Below are positions 1-13,519 of a stretch of DNA of 64,000 nt, one piece after another. Origin of the DNA: Eledone cirrhosa (lineage: Eukaryota); the NCBI GenBank assembly GCA_964016885.1, contig OZ024741.1, positions 366,234,001-366,298,000 on the forward strand, written 5' to 3'. The translations under genes and the position numbers were made by a program. Every line of letters begins with the position of its first letter. Positions within the stretch are counted from its first letter, which is position 1. The notes beneath the pieces are model-generated. The model did not search any database. It was not told the origin of the DNA and saw only the letters and a program-made list of their open reading frames with translations.

Positions 1-639
1 ACATGTATATACACACACACCCACACATATATATATATACATGGAGAGAGTGTGTGGGTGGAGTGAATAAATGAGAGTTAACAATGACTAGATAGTGAGT
101 GCTAGAATCACATTGAATATGAAAGAGTTAAAACAAAATAAATCGGTGAGATAGAAGAATAGAAAGACACTTCTTGTGAGTTAAATAAGTGGAAGAAGGA
201 AAATTATTTAAATGTCAGTTACAGTTATTTTCATTGAATTCCTCCTTAAATATTGGAATCTATCGGGAATCTTAACGTGATTTCTATTCTTTGAAAATGG
301 CAGCTATAAGAACAACTTTTCTGTCTCGGTTGATTTCGCTGTAATTTTCATTTCTGTTTTATTGTTTTAACCTATATAGTCTCCATAAGTCTCTGAAATC
401 CCTTTTGGCGTTTGAATAAAATAATCAATGTTTTATATATTTTATATTTTCCTTCTCAGAAACATGATATATTCACGATATATTCTTTGCCTCATTGCAT
501 CACCTCTACAGAATTTGCAGAGAATGAAGTCTATGTAGTGCATATTATATATAGAGAGAGGGGGGCATTTATGTATGTGTGCGTGTGCGTATATGTACTT
601 GTATGCATGTATACGTCTATATGTATATACATACGCATA

Positions 640-697
<58 letters not shown>

Positions 698-863
698 CAT
701 GGTCACGTAATACCCGAAGGAGAAGTAGGTGTGCCGTCTTGCGTGTCTAAATCTGGTGGAGCCCATCTCTCTACGGAGGTATATGTATATATATATATAC
801 ATGTGGGGGGTATGTATGCATATGCGTGTCTGTGTGACGTATGTATATGTATATATATATATC

Positions 864-894
<31 letters not shown>

Positions 895-946
895 GTGTAT
901 GTGTGTATATATATATATTTATATATATATATATATATATTTATGT

Positions 947-1075
<129 letters not shown>

Positions 1076-1108
1076 TATATATATACACACACAACAATTT
1101 ATTATTAT

Positions 1109-1146
<38 letters not shown>

Positions 1147-1480
1147 ATAATAATAAATTTGAAGACTAAAATCCAAAGAGGGCTCGATAAGGATAAATAT
1201 ATATCAAATATATAAGAACCGTAGACCAAATATTTATTAAATATTTATTAAAAAACTTTAATCTGTTATTTTTATATATATATACACAGATAAATTCCCC
1301 AATTAATGGTAGGGTCCAAGCCGCATGAAGAACTCAATGTAATCCGTATGTAGAAGATGTCGTGAAGCAAAGTTTAAAATACAAAATTTCAACGATATAA
1401 TTCGTTGGAAGCAGAGTCAAAATAATACAAATAGTGTAAACAATGAAATTAAACAAAATTCGGGTAATTCATAGTAAAAC

Positions 1481-1619
1481 TCATTATTTGACGATCGTTT
1501 TGGGGAGGTAGTTCTCCGTATGTTCATTTTATTAGAGATCTATGTAAAATATATTACAAATTATCAAAGTAAGAAAATATACATACGTCTTCTCTACCCG
1601 CCGTCTTCAGAAATAATGA
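1481..1619 (-). ncRNA. Type I hammerhead, family A, long stem II (GAAA decayed to AAAA)
   Basis: Minus strand: TCATTATTT CTGAAGA [about 102 nt] AAAA CGATCG TC AAATAATGA; 9-bp stem I. Confidence 0.75.
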
Positions 1620-1762
1620 GCTATGTTTATTGAAGAATATAAAAACGTATGAATAAGAAACCTTTTAAGAAGAAGGTTGAGATTGACCGATAGTAGAAAT
1701 AGGAAGGGGCAATATAGATCATTAAGTTGGTAGTAGTAGATGAATAAATTAGCAGTCAGGGG

Positions 1763-2455
1763 ATGAGGTATACATCAGCCTACAACCAACTACCATCTTC
1801 ATCCTTAATAGGAACTAAAAATTACATACCCAATCTGACAACTAACTTCCAAAACAACCATGATTCTATAAACAATATATCCCCTATAATTTCACCTGCT
1901 AACATCCCTTCGAGCCATAACCACCCAACCGCAAACCCTTCTCTCTCATATAAAAATGTAAATACAAATACTAGCACTGTTATTGGGAATATAGCAAGCA
2001 CATCTGAAACCCTATGTACAAACGGTTGTAATTGTAGAGTAAAAAGTAATTGCCCCTTAAATGGAAATGGCTTAAATAATAATATAGTGTATAAATGTAT
2101 AATTACCACTAAGGACTCTAATCAATCCTATATTAGATCCACATCTAATCTGTTTAAATCGAGATTTTATGCACACACCCACAGTTTTCGAAACACAAGA
2201 TTAGCTAATACCACTTCTTTAGCTGAAGCAGTTAATAATTGTAAAAAGAAGAAAATTAATTATAACCTAACTTGGAAGATTCTCAAAAGAGCCATTTCTT
2301 ATCAGGGCAATAGAAAGGAATGTGAACTATGTTCCCAAGAAATTTTCGAAATTACCAAATCGAAAGACATTCTATTAAATAAAAGACAAGAATTATTTAT
2401 CGCATGTAACCATAGAATTAAAAAGACATTCAAGTATTATAAATATAACAAATAA
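1763..2455 (+). pseudogene. PLE C-terminal GIY-YIG endonuclease fragment (CxCx5C linker, probably Hydra-clade-like)
   Basis: CNCRVKSNCPLNG..IVYKCIIT..YIRST..FKSRFYAHTHSF..W.I..CELCSQE..LLNKRQEL..CNH. No RT upstream; the ATG lies in the inverted pLTR junction. Confidence 0.85.
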
Positions 2456-2470
2456 AGAAATAAATATAAA

Positions 2471-2843
<373 letters not shown>

Positions 2844-3528
2844 AGGCAGAATGGGTTTGTATGTTGTTGTTTTTTTTTGCTATTAGAATTACTCCATAGA
2901 TTCAATCCTATATTTCATCCCTATAACTGTTTTAAATAATTAACTATTAATGAGCACTATATATTACATTATATTCAACACTAACAAAACTTTAACAGAC
3001 ATGCATTTAAACCTATTAAGAAAACCAGATTATTAATGAGATTTCTTATTCGAAAATAAAATTCCCTACAGGTAAAACATCATTCTGACCACTCTAACAC
3101 AATACAATACTTACACTAATCGTTATCTACTTTTTACTTTTCTTTGGATCCATCTATATTCCTCTACTTGTTCCATTTTTAGAACAAATTATTCCTCTTG
3201 AACAAAGAAATAACAAATATTTAGGATTGTTCTATACTATTCTACGGGATATAACACACTGATATCTGCACCCCTTTTCCTCCAACTTAAATCTTCCTTG
3301 ACCGTCCACAAATTTCTATACAATCTGTCTAAATTCCTTTACACTCGAAACTTTCTTTTCTTAAAGGTCATTCGATACCTCATTCCCTGACTGCTAATTT
3401 ATTCATCTACTACTACCAGCTTAATGATCTATATTGCTCCTTCCTATTTTTACTATTGATCAATCTCAACCTTGTTCTTAAAAGGTTACTTATTCATACA
3501 TGTTTTGATATTCTTCAATAAACAAAAG

Positions 3529-3666
3529 TCATTATTTTTTAAGACGGCGGGTAGAGGAGACGTATTTATATTTTCTTACTTTGATAATTTGTAATATATT
3601 TTACAGAGATCACAAATAGAATGAACATACGGAGATTACCCCGCAGAAACGATCGTAAAATAAGGA
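3529..3666 (+). ncRNA. Type I hammerhead, family A, long stem II (CUGA decayed)
   Basis: TCATTATTT tttAAGA [cggcgggtag...ttaccccgca, 101 nt] GAAA CGATCG TA AAATAAGGA. Confidence 0.7.
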
Positions 3667-3986
3667 GTTTTTCTATGAATTACCCGTATTTTGTTTAATT
3701 TCATTGTTTTCACTATTTGTATTATATATATATATATATATATATATCAGGTCCGGGTTCGTCTATATGCTGTTTGGATTTTTGTTGTTGCGGTGGCTTT
3801 TATGGCAAATTTTATCCGGCCACAATTTTCAATTTTTCACACTTTTAACGTATGATTATTACTGTGAGCTATAATTTAGCTTTTTATCGATATCATGTCA
3901 TTCGGTGCCTTCTGCCAGCTTCTGAGGATAGCTTTTGAAAGATGCTAATCACAACTGCAACTTTTATTTTACTCACTATTATTATC

Positions 3987-4025
<39 letters not shown>

Positions 4026-4222
4026 GGGGGGGGGCTGAACACACACATGCTTTAACTCCGAAATAACTTTTCCGTCTCTTCCCTTTCTCACTCTATTTTT
4101 CTATTTCATCTTTTATTTCCCATTCTATCTTCTGATGAAGGAGTAGTATATATTATATATATATATAATTGAAAAAGTGGAGAATAACATGGTCAACAGT
4201 ACAAAACAGGAGATTTATTTAC

Positions 4223-4329
4223 AGTCTAACAATTGTTTCACTGATAGAGTTGTCTAAAAATCGCTAAACACTGAAAGTAGTGTCACTCAATTTAAAATAC
4301 ATGTTATATCCATCATATCCTCGGAGACT
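4223..4329 (-). ncRNA. Hammerhead-like motif, family B, CCGAGGA core and 78-nt stem II
   Basis: Minus strand: AGTCT CCGAGGA [t..t 78 nt] GAAA CAATTG TT AGACT. Confidence 0.65.
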
Positions 4330-4419
4330 AAGAGAAAATATAAATATATGCGTAACCTGCAAATTTACAAATTCAATTTCAGTTGATTTTGTTGAGTCAT
4401 ACAACGCCGTACGCTAAAA

Positions 4420-4800
4420 CTATCCATGATAAGAAGTATTGGCAACCTCTACTCGGATTACCTATAACGATATTTTGTTATCTTGCCAGAGAACTTCTCT
4501 ATGCACCACTTAGAGAACATTAGTCTACGACCTCTTTTATACCATAAACATGGTTCTGTCCTTGCATGTAATTGTTTTTCACCGCTCCTATTAATGACGT
4601 ATTATTCGTTTTTTCCCGTTCTTTGCCAGCGAACGTCACCATGAACCAAAGTATCGTCTTCCTGTCTTCCTCCGGTTGCAACGTTTTTTGAAATATCCAG
4701 TTCTGCGTTTACAGATTGACTTTGTTAGTTTCAGAAGATCCCGTTAAGGGTGAAAGCAGCGATTCTTTGCTTAAACTTTAATCTGTTATTTTAATAAATA
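4420..4800 (+). mobile_element. Dispersed non-coding repeat family C (pLTR-like); other copies at 1141-1275 (-), 20830-21960, 46090-46530, 58620-58830 (-), 61040-61090
   Basis: Shared GAACCAAAGTATCGTCTTCCTGTCTTCC..CAGAAGATCCCGTTAAGGGTGAAAGCAGCGATTCTTTGCTTAAACTTTAATCT. Internal duplication of about 140 bp. Ends in (TA)n. Confidence 0.8.
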
Positions 4801-4825
4801 TATATATATATATATATATATTATA

Positions 4826-5042
4826 CAAGGTGAGGCAAAAGTCGTGTATATTTAGCGGTTCATTAATTAATCATGTTTTATATTTTCATGTGTAATTATC
4901 ATATGGGTTGGGGATTATATTTTCCTACACATTATTTTCTATATGTAATTGATCAATATAACATCTATCATTGTCTTATCAAGTGTGTGGGTGATACTTC
5001 TAATAAATTGACTCTATGGTGCGCCTCTTTTGCCTCACCCTG
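4826..5042. mobile_element. Tc1/mariner-type MITE
   Basis: TIRs CAAGGTGAGGCAAAAG / CTTTTGCCTCACCCTG with TA on both sides. Confidence 0.75.
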
Positions 5043-5085
5043 TATATATACATACAACCATATCTGAGTTGATTATAGAAGGATT

Positions 5086-5277
5086 GGCGGTGGATTGGCA
5101 GAATCGGTAGAGCGTCGGACACCATACTTTGCAGTGTCGAGTTATGGCCCTTTATGTTCTGAGTTCAAATGCCGCCTAGGTTAAATTTGTCTTTCATCCT
5201 TACGGGGTCGATAAAATAAAGTACCAGTAATGTACTGATTAATTGCTGGTCTTTTGCCAAAAGTAGAAACAATTATT
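5086..5277 (+). mobile_element. tRNA-derived SINE with Nin/Deu-like central domain
   Basis: A box TGGCAGAATCGG, B box GAGTTCAAATGC, CTTTCATCCTTACGGGGTCGATAAAATAAAGTACCAG, (ATT)n tail; at least 12 copies in the window. Confidence 0.85.
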
Positions 5278-5579
5278 GAAGGATCCTATGTATAGGAAAG
5301 CTGTAATGACAATGTTAGTACAAATCTTACAATTGCTTATTGTGAATACGTTATATCTATCTTATTCTGTGCACCACAACATTTCTCTATTCGTTTATAC
5401 TAACTTTCTCTTCTTCTCTCTCTCCCTAACTAACTTTCCATATATATTTTTCTCCACTATTGCGATCTTCTTTCTCGTTTCTTATTTCCTTCATTTCTTT
5501 TTCCTTCTCCACCTTTTATGTATATTTTTTTTATTTTCCGTTTTCTTTCTCTTCATTGTCATATACAGCCTCTTTCTTT

Positions 5580-5584
5580 TATCA

Positions 5585-5624
<40 letters not shown>

Positions 5625-5765
5625 GATTATTGCTGTTGTTGTTGTTTATTATCATTATTATTATTATCATTATTATTATTATCATTATTATTATTATCAT
5701 TATTATTATTATCATTATTATTATTATCATTATTATTATAACCATCATCATCATCATCATCACCC
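5580..5765. repeat. (ATT)n/(ATC)n microsatellite
   Basis: Direct reading. Confidence 0.95.
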
Positions 5766-6731
5766 TGGTCGTCATTATTCATCTATTCTCCTCCTCCTCT
5801 TAATGTTTCTTCTTCGTCTTCTATCATCTATGTCTTCTTCTCCTTTGGTTTATCCCCCCCTCCTCTCTCTCTCTCTATCTATCTCTCTATCTCTATCTCT
5901 CTCTCTCCACTTATCTCCCACTTTCTCTCGTTCTACGAACATCAGATCCAATATAACCTGCAGCAAGTTATGATAACTTCAGTACAACGTGTTTTATCCA
6001 TAGCAGCTGCAATAATGTGTTTAAAGTTTCGCTATGACATAAATCTTTTCACCTCCCACAATCAAGGAAAACTCATTATGCAACATTCATCTCACAACCT
6101 ACACATGACATTTGCCTCACTTTCTCATTCGTGTCTTCCACACGTTTGATATTGCATACGTATATAAATACAAATTATATAGCATATATTTCAAAATGTA
6201 AACGCCATTATGAAGATAACCATTATAAATAATAGTTGATAATTATAGAGAATATTTGAAGGTATCAGATAAAGTACCCCTGGAGACATGATAAATGACG
6301 CCAGTCGGGAATCGAACCACGCATCTCTAGGTAGGTATCAAATATTGTTATAATTACCTGCATTGTGGCGACTATATTGTCAATTTTCCAATTTCCCAAT
6401 GCTTCGTAAGTCAGCCAAACGTGCTTATATATATATATAGATAGATATATAGATAGATATATATAGAGATAGATAGATAGATAGATACTCTTATATTGCT
6501 GTATGCACTTATGAATGTATATATATATATATATATATATATACTAGACCACCCGTGATCCGTTGGGTCACGTTCACTTCAAAATTATTTTTTTAAATCA
6601 TATTCACTTAAAAATAATTTTAAATACGGACATGTATATAATGTGAAATGAAACTGGAAGATCCATATATATATGTATGTGTGTGTGTATATATGTTGGA
6701 GTCTGTGGCCATAGACACACACACACACATA

Positions 6732-6771
<40 letters not shown>

Positions 6772-7499
6772 ACAACAACACCACTAGCTCCCTCTCTTCC
6801 ACTCTCCTCTTCTGTCTCCTCTCCCTCTCTCTATGCCCCTCTTTCAATCTACTCTCTCAACCCCTATCTCTCTCTCTCCCTCTCCCTCTCCCTCTCTCTC
6901 TCCCTCTCTCCCCCTCTCCCTCTTTCTCCCTCTCTCTCTCTCTCTCTCTCCCTCTCTGTTTATGAAGGTACACTAACACACTAAAGACTGTACATTTATC
7001 ATTTATTTCTTTATGCCATTGACCAGGGCGCAAACAGTGCGGCGAAAATGTTGACGCTAAGAAATATATAAGAGTAAAATGAATTTAACAGTTTTTAAGT
7101 CTATTTTTTCTCATTTCTTTTTTTGTGGCTAACGTGACCTTTTCACGATTCAATTGATTTAGTTTCAAGTGCAACTCCGAAATCTCTCGTAAAGTATTAG
7201 TAAAACATAAAAGTTGTTAAATTCACTTTACACATATCATTTATTTCTTTACGACTATTGTAATAGACAAGTTTAACTAAAATATTATAAAATAGACAAC
7301 ATTCAAAAACAATCCCCATATGTTATCTATATATTGACGGTTTGTAGAAACAGGGAGAAAAAATGAAATGCACATAAGGAAAAATGATGGTAGTAAATGA
7401 AGATGATAAGAGAGAAATCCAAAGAAATATAGAACAAATACATAATAAAAACTGAAAAATTATTTAGACGGAAAGCAAGTGTGACAGAAACACAAAATC

Positions 7500-8300
7500 A
7501 ATCAAATAAGCGATAGAAGAAAAACGTTTGATAAGAGTAGTTATCGTCGTCATGTTGGATTGGCAGGCATGGAGTTAAATGTAGTTACTGTCATGTTTAC
7601 TGTTTAGCAATGATTGTAGTAGTGTTAGTGGTAATATATATATTTTTTAAGATGGTGGTTAATTTGTAAGGATAACTTGTTTCTTAGAATTCTTTGAATA
7701 AATCCTCGTTTTAAAAATAGTGATTGGAAGGAAATAAGATCCATTGATGAGCATAGAAAAATTGTTATATCTCAGTGGCATCAAACAAGACGAGCAGTCA
7801 GTTGAGTTAGCTGTCTAAGACATCAAGTTATGCAATAATTCATAACACATGATAGCGGATGCATCTCTACGCACACTCTATCTTTTAACTAAATTAAAGC
7901 TATTAAAATTTGATGAAAAATATTTACAGAGCACTTAATGTGAAGTTTTGGGGAGTGATATCTTAGTTACTTGGAAAGAGTTTGACGTCAGAATTTTTAA
8001 ATATCTCAAAACAGAAGGTTTATTCACAATTTAATCAAATGCGTAATATGTATTTCATTCATTAAAATTCGTTGTTAATTACGCACAAAAGCAAAATAAC
8101 AGATGCATTGTATGCTATAGAAATAAAATACGGTAGACAGTAAAATAGAGTCTCCATGAATGTTATTAATGCTGATTTCTTCTAAAAAGGTATAAAAGTT
8201 TCATACTTTAAGGAGTTGGAGCCGACAAAAATTGTTGAGACTTTCATACCTCTTCAAGAGCATTGGTGATATTTATCCATCCATGGAATCAGAACTCCTA
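7500..8300 (+). pseudogene. Possible heavily decayed hAT (Buster-like) transposase remnant
   Basis: Scattered frame-broken motifs resembling DG..M.G, CIIH and WL..GK.L.RIF; no intact ORF. Confidence 0.25.
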
Positions 8301-9029
8301 GACGTGTCCAAGAAGCGTGTGAAAATCCCTCTCCAAGTCTGAACAATGCCGATTTCTTTGAGACAGGTGGGGGGAGAGACAGTCAGACAGAGAAAGAATC
8401 AATACTAGTAATACACTGGTACTCTATCCTTGAAGATATGGAAACCAATGTTGATCACAGTTGAATTTTAACTCTAAGTTAAGTGCGCCGGAACAAGTTC
8501 CACAAAACATTCTTTTCTATGTTCTAATGACTGCCAATTTGCCACTTTAATTAAAGATGTACAAATAGGCAAATGACAAGAGCTAAACATTGAAATTGGA
8601 TGGCCTATTGTTGTTCATTCACAGGGATATCACACGATTCACTTCTTGAGAGACTAGCTGGGAAATGTCAAGTTTTACAAAAGAATGTATAGAGTGAATT
8701 AAACTGATCTATATGTTTACGTTATTGACAACCGATGCATGGAAGGCGAAGGCAATCGCGACCGGATTGAAACACAGAAACTATAGAGAGAATATTAATA
8801 CGTTTAATGTAATCTAATGTGTTTCCAACATCAAGTAGAATTTTGTTATTATTGGTTTTTCTTTATAATAGACTTATGGTAGAAATACAGTCGATTTAAT
8901 CGAACACAATATGGCACAAACAAACGCTTTAGATGGATAAACAGCTGAAGTTACCCTAGCAATATCATATTCAGAATATAGAAACAAAAATCTATATACT
9001 GCTATATACGAGACAGTATGATGTATGTG

Positions 9030-9350
9030 TCTTATGGAATAAAGTGCTGGGCTCACAGACGCAAAATCTTGAGTTCGATTCCCGGAGGGCGCGACGTGTT
9101 CTGTCCTTCAACAAGACAATTTATTTCACGATACTCCTGTCTCGTCAACTCACAAGAACATAATTATTTCTATAATTCGAAGGTCTAGTCTTATCATACG
9201 CTGTATCATACTGAAACTATCAGAAAATGTACGTTAAAGTCTCACTTATCTGTGAAATGCTCAGTTATTTGTACGTTAAATTCAAAAGCAGCCTATTCTG
9301 TTTATCGAACAAATTGAATATTTTTTTAGACCAAAGGGAGTTTCACTGCA
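9030..9350 (+). mobile_element. Diverged tRNA/CORE-like SINE (same family as 32470-32790; further diverged copies near 29180-29400 and 59170-59520)
   Basis: GAGTTCGATTCCCGG B box followed by TGTCCTTCAACAAGACAATTTATTTCAC. Confidence 0.6.
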
Positions 9351-9552
9351 CGAAAAAATGTACAAAACAATCTATTTAATTTAATTTAAACATCCCTGCT
9401 GTTTCTTGCCATCGACGACTCTCTTAAATTTCAAATTGGAAAACTTTATCATTGTGAGGAATGAGGTAAAAGGTGATATAGAATTGTGTCGAAGATACAT
9501 ACATACATACATACATACATACATACATACATACATACATACATACATACAT

Positions 9553-10530
9553 ACATGGATATGTTGCCAGGAAGCTCCAGAGTGAGAGTAATATAGATAT
9601 GGAAAGTAGTCTATCTTGGACCAACAACCGCTATATTGGCTCCGACTTTGAAGGATACGCTTTTGCAATCCAATAACAGGAGATTAACCCGAAATACCTG
9701 ATTCACAAAAGAGATAGGGATGCAGGCAAAACACCTAGATGTGATAACAAGTGCAGACTCTGCAGAACTAACACCCATGTCATCAGCTGCCCAAAGATGT
9801 CGTCGCGGTACTATCTACCTATGAGGCATAATGTAGTGGCCAAAACACTCTACAATGCAGTTCGTAAAAAAGATAGCGCCGATAATAAACACATTAAAAG
9901 CTACAGCAATGTGAAAGACATGCATGTACATAATATGAAAGAGTACTGGTGGAATGTTCCAGTAAAAACCCCAATAAAATGCAGGCATAACAGACCAGAT
10001 ATTATGATATGGGACAGGGAGAAGAAAGCATGCATAGTAGTGGAAATTAGCTGCCCAGCAGATGCCAATATAATATCAAAGATTAGCGAAAAGGAGAATA
10101 TTTATGCAGAACTGATGAGAAATCTGCAGATACTCCACCCTGATTACACCTTCAGATTTATGTTTGTGATTATTGGGGCACTGGAGTATGTTAGTAACTG
10201 CCTCAATACAAATCTCGAGAAGCTAGGCTTCACAGGAACAGAAAGAACACAACTAGTTAGGAAATTACAAGTACAATCCATTAATGGAACAGTAAAAATA
10301 TGTAAAACGTTCCAAAAATGTTGCATCTAATAACTGCATATACACGTGTACAGATACAAAGCATAAACACATGCACACATACAATAACATCCATATCTAC
10401 ACATACATGCATGCATACATAATCTACCTAGTTGATGTTGTGTAAATTCCAATGAGAGAGTCTTGTGTCTATGTTAGAAACCGACTCTCTCTCTATTGGG
10501 AAAACTTTGTGAAATTATAAAACCAGAAGA
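9553..10530 (+). mobile_element. 5'-truncated Dong/R4-clade LINE (restriction-like endonuclease) inserted in (CATA)n
   Basis: ORF 9797-10330: RHN..EYWWN..RPDIMIWD..VVEISCP..KENIY..IIGALEY. Upstream frame [17 protein letters not shown] and CRLC. (CATA)n on both sides; 3' UTR stem-loop. Confidence 0.9.
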
Positions 10531-10599
10531 ACATACATACATACATACATACATACATACATACATACATACATACATACATACATACATACATACATA

Positions 10600-11900
10600 C
10601 ATGGTGGCTGCCAATTCGTTTTCGAGTACGGCCACTACTTTATATCCACGTAGGAGAACTCCTACCGATGCGCTGAACGAGTGTGACTTTTTAGTCCAGC
10701 TAGCGACTTGAAAACTCTGGTACAAACACTACACTTGCGACAATTATTGACACATAGTGCTGGGCCCATGGTACCATGTGACGACAAGTGCAGAGAGATC
10801 TCCAGATATAAAGCAATGCCTGTGCCGTGAAGCTTTTATAGTGAGCAAAGGCACTGCACAAAGCCTGTCCCACTCTCTTGACCAAGATGATATTTACCAA
10901 AAAGAAGAACAAGTCAACATCCTTGGATACCATCAGGGTTGCAGGTGTTATATCAGAGTTTTCCTTCTCCTAGAATTCTGCCTTGACAAAGGCTAAGGGG
11001 TCATCTCATACATACATACATACATACATACATACATACATACATACATACATACATACATACATACACCCGCACATACATACATACATGATGTGATGGC
11101 TGCCCCCTCGTTATCGAGTATGGCCATTGCACGATATAACATAATTAATAATTATTAATTAATTCTATCGTGCAATGCTTGTGCGTGAAGATATTTTTTA
11201 AAGTGGGGAAAAACTGTGCACTGAGCCAATCCCACACTCTGAGAGACAGTAGCTATAACCCGAACAGAAGAAAAGATCAACATCATCGGTAACTTCTGAG
11301 CCGCAGGTTTTATATCGAAGTTATCCCACACATACATACATACATACATACATACATACATACATACATACATACATACATACATACATACATACATACA
11401 TACATTCATGATGCCTGCAACTCAATTTCGAGTAATGCCATTACTTGATACTTAAATATAAGCATCACAGATGTTGTTTCGTAGTACTGCTAGGGACTTG
11501 CCTATGGCCAGCAATACCATGTATCGCAAAAACTGTCGCATATCAAACGATGCCTGCGCTTGAAGCTTTTTTTAAGTGAGGAAAGGCTTTGTACGGGGCC
11601 AATCCCGCTCTCTGAACCACGAATGCATTTATCCGATAAGAACTGGTTTACATCATTGGATGCAAACGAAATCGCAGGTTTTATATCTGAGTGACCTTCT
11701 AGAGAGATGTCTTAATGAAGACTAGGAGTCTCTCACTCCACAAAAAATACATACATACATATATACATACACACATAGTTACATACATATATACATACAT
11801 GCATACATGCATGCATCTATACACATATACATACATACATACATATATACATGATGATGGCTGCCCCCTCGTCATCGAGTATGGCCATTGCACGAGAAAA
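10600..11900 (-). mobile_element. Cluster of short non-autonomous RTE-like elements with (ATGT)n tails; + strand copy at 23250-23570
   Basis: Repeated end GATGGCTGCCCCCTCGTYATCGAGTATGGCCATTGCACGA and internal CAGGTTTTATATC, each bounded by (CATA)n. Confidence 0.65.
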
Positions 11901-12099
11901 AAAATATATATATATACATATACACACACATACATACATACATATATACATACACATACATATATATATACATACACATATATTAATAACAATATTAATA
12001 ATAATAACAACAATAATAATAACGACAACAACAATAATAATATACATATACATATATACACACACACGCACACACAAACATATCTATACACACACACAC

Positions 12100-13436
12100 G
12101 ATAGCAACTAACAGCGCTGCGATCGAATGTGGCTTTTTAGCCCAGCCAATGATCTAAAATGTCTTGCACAGAGTCGGCAACCAAAACATTCACTGGGAAT
12201 AGTCGGCTGTGGTTGGAGTTCATGTACTTTTGCATGTCGTTTGAGCCCTCCTGCTGATTTACATTCTCTACCACATGTTTGGCAAGCATGATGAGTAGCA
12301 TCTCCAACAGCAGCCTGGTAGTCAACCACTGGTCTTACTTTATGACTGCGAAGATGACTTTCGAGTCCAGCTTTGCTTAGGCAGAGTCTCGCACAGACGC
12401 TGCATGTCAGCACCATAGGAGGACCCTCGCCGTCTGGAAGTGCAACAGCAATGCCCTTCCTCACATCCCGCTTTACTTTCTCGTATGCGATTCGAGATGC
12501 TTCAAAGGCAACTTTTCCCTCATATACAGTCTTTCTCCATTTATTACGATCAGCAGCAATATTCTCCCATGTATCAGCAGAGATGTTAGCGTCTTTCAGA
12601 GAGGCTTTCAAGGAATCCTTATACCTCTTTTTTGGTTTATGTGGCGGTCGTTTTCCTTTAACTAACTCTCCATAAAAGAGTTGTTTTGGTATTCTAGAAT
12701 CCTTCATCTTGGCAAGGTGACCACTCCAACGGAGTCATTGCTTAAGCACAAGAGCTTCTATACTGTCACACATAGAGCTTTCCAAAATCTCGACATCACT
12801 GATGTGGTCCCTCCAGTGAACGCCATGGATCCGTCTGAGACACATCTGATGGAAACGCTCCAATTGCTTAAGGTGGTGTCGATATGTGACCCAGGTCTCG
12901 CAGGCATAAAGAAGACAAGAGAGCACACATGCCTTGTACACCTTTACCTTTGTCCTCTTGCATATGTCTCGCCGACCCCAGAGTCACCTTTATAGCTTTC
13001 CGAAAGCATCATTTGCTTTCCTAATCCTAAGTGAGATTTCACTATCAAGGTTGCTGTATCGATTGACAGTGCTTCCCACGTAGACAAACTGATCAACCAC
13101 TCCAAGTCGTTTACCATATACATAGATGTTTGGTTCAGTGTACTGCTTACCAGGGGCAGGTTGGTACATGACGACGGTTTTCTTGAGACTGACAGTCAGA
13201 CCTAGGGCAGTGCAAGCATCAGAAAATGCATTCAAAATGTGCTGCATATCACTCTCTGTGTGCGCTACAAGATCACAATCCTCTGCATACAAGAGGTCTC
13301 TTATGATTGATGTAAATACTTTTGTCTTTGCAGCAAAGCGCCTGATGTTAAATATGCTGCCTGAGGTTCGATATCGGATGTAAACACCATGCTCGCAATT
13401 CCTGAATGCAATACAGAAAACCATTGCAAAATATAC
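12100..13436 (-). pseudogene. RTE (BovB-like) LINE 3' fragment, RT domain plus three C2H2 zinc fingers, frameshifted
   Basis: [72 protein letters not shown]. Confidence 0.9.
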
Positions 13437-13467
<31 letters not shown>

Positions 13468-13519
13468 CATACATACATACATACATACATACATACATAC
13501 ATACATACATACATACATA

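Noticed and set aside
3915-3960. CTGAGGA followed by GAAA
   Set aside because: GAAA falls within a putative stem II; no stem III, UH or stem I partner.
5086-5180. tRNA gene
   Set aside because: A and B boxes belong to a multicopy SINE head; no complete cloverleaf.
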